DNA of 64,000 nt from Planctomycetota bacterium. GTDB taxonomy: Bacteria; Planctomycetota; UBA1135; UBA2386. Below, one piece after another: positions 28,126 through 39,357 of this stretch. The notes under the pieces were generated by a model, which saw only the letters and a list, made by a program, of their open reading frames with translations, ran no database searches and was not told the origin of the DNA. Position numbers and translations under genes: made by a program. The stretch lies in contig CANMWZ010000002.1 of NCBI GenBank assembly GCA_947501605.1, forward strand, positions 96,001 to 160,000, given 5' to 3'. Each line of letters begins with the position of its first letter. Within the stretch, counting starts at the first letter, position 1.

Positions 28126-29346
28126 ATGCACGTCGTCCTCGTCGAGCCCTGCTTCCCCAAGAACCAGCGCGAGTTCCTGCGCGGTCTCCTCGCCACCGGC
28201 GCCACCATCAGCGCCATCAGCGAACGCGCACCCGAGTCGCTCCCCGACGAACTTCGCCGCCCTCTGTTCGGTTACGAGCAGGTCAAGAACGTCGTCGACG
28301 AAGGCGCCCTCGCCGATGCCGTACGCCGACTCGCAGCACGACGCCCGGTCGATCGCCTCGAGGCCACCGTCGAAGCCCACGTCATGGCCGCGGCCCACGT
28401 GCGCGAGTCCCTCAAGATCCACGGCACTACCGCCAAGACCGCGTGGCTCTGCCGCGACAAGCCGGCGATGAAGGACGCCGTCCGCGCGGCCGGCATCGGC
28501 TGCGCCGCCAGTGCGCGCGTGCAGAAGAGCGATGACGCGCGCGCGTTCGTGAAGCAGCACGGCTATCCCGTCATCGTCAAGCCGCTCGACGGTGCCGGTG
28601 CGTCCGGCGCCACGCGGTGCGACGACGACGCCCAACTCGAAGCCGGGCTCACGGCGTTGCACGTCGACCAGGGCCGCGCGATCGCGATCGAAGAGTTCCT
28701 CACCGGCCACGAGGGCTTCTACGACACCATCACCATCGCCGGCCATGTCGCCATCGACTTCGCCACGCACTACTACCCCAACGTGCTCGAAGCGATGCGC
28801 ACGCGGTGGATCTCGCCGCAGATCGTCACCACCAATCGCATCGACCAGCCCGGTTACCAAGAACTGCGCGCGATGGGCCAGAAGGCGATCACGGCACTCG
28901 GCCTGTGGACCTCGGCGACGCACATGGAGTGGTTCCATGGCGACAAGGGGCTGAAGTTCTCCGAGATCGGTTGCCGGCCGCCGGGCGTTGGTGTGTGGGA
29001 CATCTACAGCGCCGCCAATGAGTTCGACATCTACCGCGCCTGGGGCGAAGCCGTCGTCCACGGCCGCATCACGCAGCGCCCCAACCGCCACTTCTGCGGT
29101 GGCATGATCGCGCTGCGTCCCGATCGCGACGGTGTCATCTACAGCTACGACGGCGTCGAGCAGATGCAGCGGGACTTCGGCCGCCACATCCTCGACTCGC
29201 ACTTCCCGACGCCCGGCACCAAGACCCAAGGCGTCGAGGCCGGCTACATGGCCAACGCCTACGTGCGCGTGCGCCATCAAGACTACGACGAACTCCGCCG
29301 CATCCTCGACCGCATCGGCGAGACCGTGAAGGTCAAGGCCCGCTGA
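28126..29346 (+). CDS. ATP-grasp domain protein (L-amino acid ligase-like), paralogue 3
   Basis: CRDKPAMK, IVKPLDGAGA, IEEFLTGHE, HMEWF, EIGCRPPG. Confidence 0.88.
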   Translation: MHVVLVEPCFPKNQREFLRGLLATGATISAISERAPESLPDELRRPLFGYEQVKNVVDEGALADAVRRLAARRPVDRLEATVEAHVMAAAHVRESLKIHGTTAKTAWLCRDKPAMKDAVRAAGIGCAASARVQKSDDARAFVKQHGYPVIVKPLDGAGASGATRCDDDAQLEAGLTALHVDQGRAIAIEEFLTGHEGFYDTITIAGHVAIDFATHYYPNVLEAMRTRWISPQIVTTNRIDQPGYQELRAMGQKAITALGLWTSATHMEWFHGDKGLKFSEIGCRPPGVGVWDIYSAANEFDIYRAWGEAVVHGRITQRPNRHFCGGMIALRPDRDGVIYSYDGVEQMQRDFGRHILDSHFPTPGTKTQGVEAGYMANAYVRVRHQDYDELRRILDRIGETVKVKAR

Positions 29347-29390
29347 GCGATCCCACCCACTTCCCTTCCCTGCGAACGATCCACCCACCG

Positions 29391-30752
29391 ATGTCGTCCA
29401 CGTCCCGTCGCGACTTCTTCCTCACCGCCGCTGCCGCCGCTGCCGCGTTCTCCGCCGCCTCGTGCAGCAGCGCTCGCGGTCGACGCCCCAGTGCCAATGA
29501 ACGCCTTCGGGTCGCGCAGATCGGCTGCGGCGGCAAGGGTCTGTCGGACCTGCAGGCGGTAGCCAAACGCCACGACATCGTTGCGCTTTGCGACGTCGAC
29601 GACGGCAAGGCGAGCAACGCGCGAGCAGAACACCCAAAGGCCACGTTCTACCACGACTACCGCGACCTGCTGGACCGCGAGAAGCTCGATGCGGTCGTCA
29701 TCAGCACGCCCGACCACAGCCACGCGGTGCCGGCGTTGATCGCCATGCAACTCGGCTTGCATGTGTTCGTGCAGAAGCCACTGGCCCACACGGTCGAAGA
29801 AGCCCGTGTGATGCTGCAGGCCGCGCGCAAGTACGGCGTCATCACGTCGATGGGCAACCAGGGCACGTGCCTTGATGGCTTCCGCGCCGCGGCGGAGTTC
29901 GTCCGCAGCGGTGCCATCGGCAACGTCACCGAAGTGCACGTCTGGACCAACCGCCCGGTGTGGCCGCAAGGCATCGAACGACAGAAGCACATCGACCCGA
30001 TCCCGGCCTCGTTCCGTTGGGATCTCTGGCTCGGCGCGGCCCCCTACCGTCCGTTCGCCGCCGCCCGCAAGGAAACGGGGTTCTCGGGCTACGCGCCGTT
30101 CCATTGGCGCGGCTTCTGGGACTTTGGCACCGGCGCGCTCGGCGACATGGCCTGCCACGTCGCCAACCTGCCGTTCTTCGCCCTCGAACTCGGTGCGCCC
30201 ATCTGGGTCGAAGGCAACGGTGAAGGGCAGACCGACGACACCGGCCCCAAGGCCTCGACGATCCGCTTCGGCTTCGCCGCGCGCGGCAACCGCGGGCCCG
30301 TTGTGCTGCACTGGTATGACGGCGGTCGGTTGCCACCGGCCTCCGTCCTGCCCGACGAAGCCGAGCGCAAAGGCCTGCGCGCCCTCACCGAGGGCGGGTT
30401 CTTGCTCGTGGGCGACCAGGGCAAGCTGTTCTCGCCCACCGACTACGGCGAGAGCTTCGCGCTCTATCCCAAGCAGAAGTTCCAGAACGTGCCGAAGCCC
30501 GAGCAGACGTTGCCGCGGTCACCAGGCATCCACGACGAATGGCTCGACGGCATCGTCGCGGGCAGCCAACCGATGGCGAGCTTTGAGTACTCCGCCCCGT
30601 TCACCGAGACGATGTTGCTCGGCAACGTTGCGCTGCGCCTGGGTCGCCGCCTCGAGTGGGATGCCGCAGCAATGCGCGTGACGAACGACGCCAATGCCGA
30701 GCAATTCCTGAAGAAGGAGTATCGGCGCGGGTTCGAACTGACTCGGCCCTGA
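29391..30752 (+). CDS. Tat-exported Gfo/Idh/MocA oxidoreductase
   Basis: SRRDFF Tat signal, IGCGGKG, STPDHSH, VQKPL, GALGDMACH. Confidence 0.92.
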   Translation: MSSTSRRDFFLTAAAAAAAFSAASCSSARGRRPSANERLRVAQIGCGGKGLSDLQAVAKRHDIVALCDVDDGKASNARAEHPKATFYHDYRDLLDREKLDAVVISTPDHSHAVPALIAMQLGLHVFVQKPLAHTVEEARVMLQAARKYGVITSMGNQGTCLDGFRAAAEFVRSGAIGNVTEVHVWTNRPVWPQGIERQKHIDPIPASFRWDLWLGAAPYRPFAAARKETGFSGYAPFHWRGFWDFGTGALGDMACHVANLPFFALELGAPIWVEGNGEGQTDDTGPKASTIRFGFAARGNRGPVVLHWYDGGRLPPASVLPDEAERKGLRALTEGGFLLVGDQGKLFSPTDYGESFALYPKQKFQNVPKPEQTLPRSPGIHDEWLDGIVAGSQPMASFEYSAPFTETMLLGNVALRLGRRLEWDAAAMRVTNDANAEQFLKKEYRRGFELTRP

Positions 30753-30787
30753 ACACGAGCTAGCCCTGAGCACGAGCCAGCCCTGAG
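30747..30787 (+). repeat. Short 17-bp tandem repeat (~2.4 copies)
   Basis: CCCTGAACACGAGCTAG / CCCTGAGCACGAGCCAG / CCCTGAG. Confidence 0.6.
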
Positions 30788-30816
30788 AGGTGGGCGCCCG
30801 CGCCGGGGCGCTCGGC

Positions 30817-33267
30817 TCAGCGCCCGCCGTCGTCGGGCTTGATCGGATCGACGGTCGGCGTCGCGTCCTTCGGCGAAGGCGCGATCGGAGCCCGGCCCTT
30901 CACCTGTCGGTCCATCCAATCGACCATCTCCCACACACAGTGCAGCACGGACTCGCGGGCGTAGTAGCCGTGCGCTTCGTGCGGCAGCATGCACAGGCGG
31001 GCCGCGCCACCGTGACCCTTGATGGCCGCGAATAGCCGCTGGCTCTGCAACGGCCACGTCCCCTGGTTGTTGTCATCCTCGCCGTGGATCAGCAGGATCG
31101 GCTCGTTGAGCTTGTCGGCATGGGCAAACGGCGACATCGCGAGGTAGACCTCGGGCGATTCCCAGAAGGTCCGCTCCTCGTTCTGAAAGCCAAACGGGGT
31201 GAGGGTCCGGTTGTAGGCGCCGCTGCGTGCGATCGCGGTGGCGAAGAGGTCGCTGTGGCAGAGCAGGTTGGCCGCCATGAAAGCCCCGTAGCTGTGGCCG
31301 CCGACGGCGATTTGGTGCGGTTCCGCGACGCCGCGTGAGACCAGCAGATCGACCGCGGCCTTCGCATCGTCGACAAGTTGTTGCACGTAGGTGTCGTTGG
31401 CGCCGCGCACCGGACCGACGATCGGCATCGCGGTTTCGTCGAGCACGGCGTAGCCAGCGAGCAGCAGCCAGAGGTGGCTGATGCCGGCAAAGCGCGTGTA
31501 GCGCGTCGGCGCCGAGCGCACTTGGCCGGCGTCGGCCGCGCGCGTGAACTCCTGCGGATAGGCCCAGACCAGCGTCGGGTGCTTCTGGCCGGGCTGGTGC
31601 CCTGGCGGCAAATAGAGCGTCGCTGACAGGGCAACCCCGTCGCTGCGTTCGTAGCGGATCAACTCGCGCGAGATCGACTTCGACACTTCGAGGGCTGGAT
31701 CCTGGAACGTCGTGAGCGGCGTGCGCGCACCCGTCGCGAGCACCACGATGGCGTAGTTTGGTGCGTCCTGCGGCGACTCGCTGCGGATCACGATGCGATC
31801 GTCGGCAAGGAAGCCCGCGAAGGTCTCGTAGCGACCAACAGCGCATTGCCACAATCGCACCGACGTGCCGGTTGCCGGATCCCAGCTGGAAAGGAATGGG
31901 CGTTCGCCATCCGGGCTCGCGCCGCGACCGCTGCGATACAGCAGCGCCCCACGCTGCCGCAGCGCCCGACGACCGTCGGGCAGCGTCTCTTCCACCGGCG
32001 AGCCGGGGTCGCCGTACTGGTCCTGCATGCTGCGCTCGAACAGCAACACCGGCTTCTGCGCCAAGTTGCTCGCCTCCAAACGCCACGTCCGTAGCTGCCG
32101 CGTCATGCGGTCCACTTCGGTGGCGATCGCCAGCTTGCCGTCCTGAGCCACAGACAATCCCATTGCGCGGTGCTCGGTTGCAAACCACAGCACAGGCTCT
32201 GCAGCCGGCTCCATGGCGACGTAGACGTGATCGCGAATCGGTGCCGGCTTCTTGGGATCACCACCGTCTTGGGCCTCCATCCAACGCAGTGCGTGGTCAT
32301 GGCCCGGCAGCCAGCCGATGCCGCGCTTGCCGACCGGGACTCCGCCGATCGGCACGTTCTCGAGCAAGGGGGTCTCGGCGACCCGTCGCACCAGCACACC
32401 GTCGCGGGTCCACACCTCGGTGCGCCGCGGGAACTCGCGAACCCCGACCAGAAACGAGAACGGGCGCTGCAGCACGTTGACGAGCAGCAACTCGCCATCG
32501 GGTGATTGCGACACCCCGGTCGACATCGATGGCACGCCGAGCTTCTCGATGGCCGAGGTCGCGACCGTAATGCGCGCCAGCTGACTCGTGGCCAGCGCCT
32601 CGAAACACCGCGCGTCGTAGTCGCTCTGCAGCATGTCCGGATTGGTCCGCACCTGCGCCTTCTCGCCCGCGCGAGTCTCTTGCACGTTGGGCCCGATGGG
32701 CGCCGCCGGCTCGGGCGGCAGCGGCACACCAGCATCCAGTTGGCAGAGCAGACTCTGTTGGTCGCGCGACCATTCGACCCCCGAGCCGAGCACCAAGTTG
32801 AGAGCGACTCCGGGCACTTGGCGGACGGCTCCAGTCTCGGTCTCCAGCAACCAGAGTTCGATCGTGCGCTCCGACGTCCGCGTGAAGGCGACATGCGCCC
32901 CGGTAGCGCTCCAGAATGGCGGGCTGACGTGCCCCGGCGGGATGGCCACGTCGCGCTCGCCGTTGCTCGACAACGTGCGGAGGACGATTCGCGTGGTCTT
33001 GGCCTCCAGTTGGGGCCCGGCGGTCGTGCCGTCGAGGCGCAGACCGGCGAGCTTGCGGTGAGGCCGCGCCAAGACTTCGAGCTCGGGCATCGCCTGCTCG
33101 TACTGCAACACGAGGAAGCGACGGCACGGACTCAACGACAGCGCCGGCGCCGGCTCAGCAACGATCCACGAAGCCATCGGCTCCGGTGGTGTGCGGTAGA
33201 CGGCGGCCTCCTGGGCCGGGAGCGCCGCGAGGATCGAGACGAGAGCGACAGGGATCGTTCGGTACAT
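30817..33267 (-). CDS. Secreted S9 family peptidase (glutamyl endopeptidase/S9D-like)
   Basis: VWAYPQEF, VGGHSYGAFM, ARSGAYNRTLTPFGFQ, HGEDDNN, LPHEAHGY. Confidence 0.92.
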   Translation of the reverse strand: MYRTIPVALVSILAALPAQEAAVYRTPPEPMASWIVAEPAPALSLSPCRRFLVLQYEQAMPELEVLARPHRKLAGLRLDGTTAGPQLEAKTTRIVLRTLSSNGERDVAIPPGHVSPPFWSATGAHVAFTRTSERTIELWLLETETGAVRQVPGVALNLVLGSGVEWSRDQQSLLCQLDAGVPLPPEPAAPIGPNVQETRAGEKAQVRTNPDMLQSDYDARCFEALATSQLARITVATSAIEKLGVPSMSTGVSQSPDGELLLVNVLQRPFSFLVGVREFPRRTEVWTRDGVLVRRVAETPLLENVPIGGVPVGKRGIGWLPGHDHALRWMEAQDGGDPKKPAPIRDHVYVAMEPAAEPVLWFATEHRAMGLSVAQDGKLAIATEVDRMTRQLRTWRLEASNLAQKPVLLFERSMQDQYGDPGSPVEETLPDGRRALRQRGALLYRSGRGASPDGERPFLSSWDPATGTSVRLWQCAVGRYETFAGFLADDRIVIRSESPQDAPNYAIVVLATGARTPLTTFQDPALEVSKSISRELIRYERSDGVALSATLYLPPGHQPGQKHPTLVWAYPQEFTRAADAGQVRSAPTRYTRFAGISHLWLLLAGYAVLDETAMPIVGPVRGANDTYVQQLVDDAKAAVDLLVSRGVAEPHQIAVGGHSYGAFMAANLLCHSDLFATAIARSGAYNRTLTPFGFQNEERTFWESPEVYLAMSPFAHADKLNEPILLIHGEDDNNQGTWPLQSQRLFAAIKGHGGAARLCMLPHEAHGYYARESVLHCVWEMVDWMDRQVKGRAPIAPSPKDATPTVDPIKPDDGGR

Positions 33268-33268
33268 G

Positions 33269-33295
33269 CGAAAGGGCGGCCGAGCCGCCCTTTCG
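33269..33295 (-). terminator. Perfect 12-bp hairpin downstream of gltA
   Basis: CGAAAGGGCGGC-CGA-GCCGCCCTTTCG. Confidence 0.6.
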
Positions 33296-33359
33296 TTCTA
33301 TGCGATGCCCCAGTCGAGCGCGATGGTTCGCGCCGCAGAGAGCCAAGTCCTCGGCTGCC

Positions 33360-34724
<1,365 letters not shown>

Positions 34725-34925
34725 GCTTTGTATCCGCTGAAAAACGTTGGCTCTGGGCGGAACCATCGGCCCTCGACCCATGCCGGCTGCAGTCGAGCTG
34801 ACGGATCGTCGGGACTTGCCCTCTTGGCCTGCCGCGGCGACCCGAGGCCCGCCAGTCGAATGGGATCGCCAGTCGGGGGGATCGCCTGGATCGACGCCCC
34901 TCGCACGGATGCAGGCATCCGCCGG

Positions 34926-36263
34926 TCAGTGGTCGTGCGGCGGACCGAGGATCGCAATCAGCTCCGCCTTCTTTTCGTCCATCAGCGCCTTGGTATCGGC
35001 CTCAAGACACATGCGCAGATAGGGCTCGGTGTTGCTCGGGCGGACGTTGACCCACCAGTCGGGGAACGTGACGGTCACGCCGTCCAGGTGGTCGATCTTG
35101 CCAGTCGCGTACTTGCGTTCGACCTGCTGCATCAGCGAGTCCTTGTCCGCGACCTTGAAGTTGATCTCGCCAGTCGGGAAGTACTTGCGCAGTTCATCCG
35201 CCGCCGCTTTGAGGCGCCGCTTCTCCTGGCTCATCTGGTTCATGACCATGATTGCCGCTAGCACGCCGCAGTCCGTGAAGTAGTTCTCGGCGAAGTAGAA
35301 GTGGCCCGAGAGCTCGCCACCACCAATGCAGTCCGTGCGCCGCATCGTCTCCTTCATGAAGGAATGCCCGACGCGCTCGCGTACCGGGCGACCGCCGAGC
35401 TTCTGGATCTCCTCGGGCACGACCTTGCTGCTGCGCAGATCGTAGATGATGCCCTTGCCCGGAAAGCGCTGCAGCATGCCGCGCGCCAGGATCACGGTGA
35501 TCAGGTCGGCGTGCACCGTGCGCCCGTCCTCGTCGACAAAGGCGCAGCGATCGGCGTCGCCGTCAAAGGCCAGTCCGAGCGGCGCCTTGTGCTTCTTCAC
35601 GGCGGCGCGCAGGTCGTCGAGGTTGGACTCCTTCAACGGGTTGGCTTCGTGGTTGGGAAACGTGCCGTCGAGTTCTTCGTACAGCGACACGACCTTGAGC
35701 CCCGGGATCTTGGCGAAGATCGCCGGCGCCTCATGCGCGCCCATGCCATTCGCGTAGTCGACGACAATGGTCATCGGCGCGATGCCCTTCTGGAAGTTGG
35801 CGATGTGCTGCTCGAACTCGGCCTTGACGTTGACGTGATCGCGCTTGCCGGCTCGCGCCGCGGTGGCGAGATCCGGGCCATGCACGAGCTTCTCGATGTC
35901 CTTGATGCCGGTATCCCCCGACATCGGCCTCGCTTCCTGGCGGCAGAGCTTGAAGCCGATGTACTGCTTTGGGTTGTGCGACGCGGTGACGATGAGCCCC
36001 CCATCGCAGGGGAGCTTGCCGATCGCGTAGTAGCCCATCGGCGTCGACGCGAGGCCGATGTCGATGACGTCACAGCCCATCGACAGGATGCCGCCGATCA
36101 CAGCGTCCTGGATCTCTGGCGCCATCGTGCGCATGTCGCGGCCGACGACGAGTCGCTTGGCCTTGAGGAAGTGCACCAGAGCCTGACCGATCCTGCGCGC
36201 GATCCGCGCGTCGATCTGGTCGGGGTAGGTGCCGCGAATGTCGTACGCCTTGAAGATGCTCAC
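34926..36263 (-). CDS. Phosphomannomutase/phosphoglucomutase
   Basis: [36 protein letters not shown]. Confidence 0.95.
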   Translation of the reverse strand: MSIFKAYDIRGTYPDQIDARIARRIGQALVHFLKAKRLVVGRDMRTMAPEIQDAVIGGILSMGCDVIDIGLASTPMGYYAIGKLPCDGGLIVTASHNPKQYIGFKLCRQEARPMSGDTGIKDIEKLVHGPDLATAARAGKRDHVNVKAEFEQHIANFQKGIAPMTIVVDYANGMGAHEAPAIFAKIPGLKVVSLYEELDGTFPNHEANPLKESNLDDLRAAVKKHKAPLGLAFDGDADRCAFVDEDGRTVHADLITVILARGMLQRFPGKGIIYDLRSSKVVPEEIQKLGGRPVRERVGHSFMKETMRRTDCIGGGELSGHFYFAENYFTDCGVLAAIMVMNQMSQEKRRLKAAADELRKYFPTGEINFKVADKDSLMQQVERKYATGKIDHLDGVTVTFPDWWVNVRPSNTEPYLRMCLEADTKALMDEKKAELIAILGPPHDH

Positions 36264-36298
36264 GGGCAGTCCTGGTCGGTTGATGAGAACGGGATACT

Positions 36299-37339
36299 TC
36301 AGCGGATCGCGCGCGCGAGGAACTCGGCACACGCGGACAGGCACACGTCGACGCCGTCGTCACCGACGTCGCGATGGGTGACGAATCGAATTCTCGATGG
36401 TCCAGCCTTGGCGGCCAACACCGAGGCATGACGCAGATGGTCGAGCAAGGACTGCGATTCGACTCCACGCACGTCGACCATGACGATGTTGGTTTCGACG
36501 GCAGGCAAGTCGATATGGAGGCATGGCAACTGCGCCAGACCCATCGCGAGTCTTCGTGCCCGCTGATGGTCGGCAAGTAAGTGCGACGGCCCCTCGCGCA
36601 AAGCGATCAACGCCGCGGCGGCGATCACACCGGCTTGGCGCATGCCGCCACCGAAGGCCTTGCGTGCCCGCTTGGCCTCGGCGATGAACTCGGCGCTACC
36701 GGCCAGCAACGATCCAATCGGCGCGCCAAGCCCCTTGCTGAGACACAGGGTCACGGTGTCGCACGGCGCCGTGAGCTCGGACAACTCACACGCGAGCGCC
36801 ACCGCGGCGTTGTAGAGCCGCGCTCCATCGCAGTGGACGAGGAGGCCATGCTCCTGCGCAACACAGGCGAGGGCGCGCAATCGATCCGGGCTGGCGACGC
36901 GGCCGCCTGCCATGTTGTGCGTGTTCTCCACCACCAACAGGCGCGAACGCGGGAAGTGCAAATCGGCGGTGCGCACCGCGCTCGCAATCTGCTTTGGCTC
37001 TGGAAACCCATCCACCGCCGTCAGCGTGCGCGCCTGCGTGCCGGACAGTCGCGCAATCGAGCCACCTTCGTAGTAGTAGACGTGACTGCGCTCCTCGCAG
37101 ATCAGTTCGTCTCCTGGCCGACAGTGCACATGGATCGCGACCTGATTCGCCATCGTGCCGGACGGCAGGTACAGCGCGCTCTCCTTGCCAAGGGCTGCGG
37201 CGCCTGTCGCTTCAAGTTCGCGGACCGTCGGGTCCTCGCCCCACACGTCGTCCCCGACCGCAGCGGCAGCCATGGCAGCCCGCATTGCGGCGGTCGGCAC
37301 AGTCATCGTGTCGCTACGGAAATCGTGCACAGCCGTCAT
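36299..37339 (-). CDS. ltaE: Low-specificity L-threonine aldolase
   Basis: DFRSDT, GDDVWGEDPT, SGTMANQ, DGARLYNA, CLSKGLGAPIGS. Confidence 0.92.
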   Translation of the reverse strand: MTAVHDFRSDTMTVPTAAMRAAMAAAAVGDDVWGEDPTVRELEATGAAALGKESALYLPSGTMANQVAIHVHCRPGDELICEERSHVYYYEGGSIARLSGTQARTLTAVDGFPEPKQIASAVRTADLHFPRSRLLVVENTHNMAGGRVASPDRLRALACVAQEHGLLVHCDGARLYNAAVALACELSELTAPCDTVTLCLSKGLGAPIGSLLAGSAEFIAEAKRARKAFGGGMRQAGVIAAAALIALREGPSHLLADHQRARRLAMGLAQLPCLHIDLPAVETNIVMVDVRGVESQSLLDHLRHASVLAAKAGPSRIRFVTHRDVGDDGVDVCLSACAEFLARAIR

Positions 37340-37402
37340 GTACCGCGGCAAGGATGCACGCAGACGGCCGGAAAGCAACGGCGCGCGAGCTGGTCGCTTC
37401 GA

Positions 37403-39094
37403 TCACTCGACCGGCTGCATGCGACCACCGCGCGGCAGCGTCAACTCCGGACCGTAGGCCAGCGTCGAGAACGCCACGGGCGCCAGATAGAACTCGTAGT
37501 CGAGAAAGGCTGGGTCATTGGGCACAGTCAGCGACACGGTCGACTGGCCGAAGGTGAGGAAGAGTGTCTGCGCCGTCAACGGATCGCCGTAGAAGCGGAA
37601 CGGCTCCTGGGTCGTGTTGGGCTGGTCGATCGCCAGGGACAGCAGCCAAAACACGCCGACGCCGGCGGGCGCATCCGTGTCGAGGTCGAAGGCCGCGCCG
37701 AGCGACACTTCCGCCGGAGTCACCGAGCACGCGGAGAGGAACCGGCCGGCCACCGCGCCGGTCTCCGTCACCTGGCCCGCCATGGTGGTCGCGCTGCGCC
37801 AGCACCCTTCGAGCGTGACCGGAGCGAGGAGCGACTGACCGGTCACAGTCGATGACACCAGTTCGCAGCTGCGCACACGAACTGCGGTGCGGCCCGTGGA
37901 GGGCACCACGATCTGGCAGTTCTGGTAGCGATTCCACAGGAGGTTTGGCAGCGACCCATCGACGTCAAACGTCAGCAGCCCACCGAGATAGGTGCTGTTC
38001 TGTTGCCAGACGCGCTGGGTGAACAGGTTGCCGCGCAGCAAGACGTTGCCAGTGAACTCCATCTCGCTGCCATGGATGTCGAACTCAGCCGTCTTGGGCC
38101 CGACCACGAGCGCCATCTGGCCCGGGCCCGCGGCAAGGCTGCTGTGATGGTGATGGATCATCGTCAGGCCGTTGGCACTGCCTTGCACGTCCACCGCGTC
38201 GCCCGTCGTCGTCACGTCGCAATGCACGAGTCGCAGCATCAACTGCTGGTCGCCGGTGCCAATGCGGCGCACCCGCACGAAGTTGGCACCGAGGTCGAAC
38301 TCGCTGCGATCGAACATCACCATGCTCATCGCGCCGCCGGCACCACTCTCGGTCGTCTCGCACGCAAGGGCAACGCCGTCGAAGTGGCAGTGCATCGCGT
38401 GCATCACCACGAAACCGCCACTGCTCTGATCTTGGACCAAGATCGCCCGGGCCGAGTTGTGGAACACGCAGTGGTGCAGCATCACGGTGCTGTGGTCGAG
38501 CCCAATCCCGGTGAGTCGGACACTCGCCACCGTCTGGGTGTGCATATCACACTCGTCGATTCGACCCATCAGCGCCTCGGCATAGCCGCCCTGGGAGGTG
38601 CGCACGTCGAAGCCAACTTGACCACCGCTCAAGTGCAACCCCGACACCGTCACCGCGTTGGTGTGCAGCGCAAAGATGTGCGCGTGCGAGCCGCCCAGAA
38701 GGATCGTGGTGATGCCGTGCCCGGGTGCGGGGATGACGATGCCCTCGATGTGCACCGGACCAAGGCCCTGGCCTGTGATCGGCGTCAGCGGCCCTTCCAG
38801 CTGAATCGACAACGTAACCATCGGATCGATGAGCACGTGATCGACGACCGAACCAGCACCCGTCACGTTCGCAGCCTCAGCCGGCGACAATTGCCACATT
38901 GCCAGCGTGCCGTTGCACAGTCGAATCGCCTCATCGAGCGACAAGCGCGCGTCGCCCAGGACCCCGTGCGACAGCGGGTCGGTCACGTTCGCAGTGAGGC
39001 CAAGGGCCGCGGGGAATGGCAGGCCGACGGCCGCGGGGAATGCGGGAGAGAGCAGCGTTGCGCCGACGGCGCCGAGCACGAGGGAGGAGATCAT
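37403..39094 (-). CDS. Secreted His-rich right-handed beta-helix-like protein
   Basis: Signal peptide, CSLREA-like LSLDEAI, repeated short beta strands, C-terminal lineage-typical domain. Confidence 0.65.
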   Translation of the reverse strand: MISSLVLGAVGATLLSPAFPAAVGLPFPAALGLTANVTDPLSHGVLGDARLSLDEAIRLCNGTLAMWQLSPAEAANVTGAGSVVDHVLIDPMVTLSIQLEGPLTPITGQGLGPVHIEGIVIPAPGHGITTILLGGSHAHIFALHTNAVTVSGLHLSGGQVGFDVRTSQGGYAEALMGRIDECDMHTQTVASVRLTGIGLDHSTVMLHHCVFHNSARAILVQDQSSGGFVVMHAMHCHFDGVALACETTESGAGGAMSMVMFDRSEFDLGANFVRVRRIGTGDQQLMLRLVHCDVTTTGDAVDVQGSANGLTMIHHHHSSLAAGPGQMALVVGPKTAEFDIHGSEMEFTGNVLLRGNLFTQRVWQQNSTYLGGLLTFDVDGSLPNLLWNRYQNCQIVVPSTGRTAVRVRSCELVSSTVTGQSLLAPVTLEGCWRSATTMAGQVTETGAVAGRFLSACSVTPAEVSLGAAFDLDTDAPAGVGVFWLLSLAIDQPNTTQEPFRFYGDPLTAQTLFLTFGQSTVSLTVPNDPAFLDYEFYLAPVAFSTLAYGPELTLPRGGRMQPVE

Positions 39095-39170
39095 GAGGGC
39101 TCAGGTGAACCGCGAACGGGGCGTTCCGCGGACGAGCAATCTAGCACGGGAGGCTGGCTTGACCACCCAT

Positions 39171-39228
39171 GCTCGGAAATACGGGCCTTGCTCGGGAGTA
39201 CGGGCCTTGCTCGGGAGATACGGGCCTC
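39171..39228 (+). repeat. Three 19-20-bp tandem direct repeats in a divergent intergenic region
   Basis: GCTCGGAAATACGGGCCTT / GCTCGGGAGTACGGGCCTT / GCTCGGGAGATACGGGCCTC. Confidence 0.8.
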
Positions 39229-39357
39229 GCTTGCGGCTACTGGCCGCCCTTGTCATCGCTGGTTGCTCAGGATCCGAGAGCCTGAGCCCGCGCACGGCGG
39301 GCTCCTTTTCGCCCGGCGGGCGCTTACCCCTTCCCCGCCGGACCAAGCTCTGGGACG

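Noticed and set aside
27955..29388. Apparent long N-terminal extension of the nucleotidyltransferase (680-aa ORF)
   Set aside because: Antisense to ATP-grasp 3; not a real fusion.
39171..39228. Possible CRISPR array
   Set aside because: Repeats are adjacent with no spacers, and there are no cas genes.
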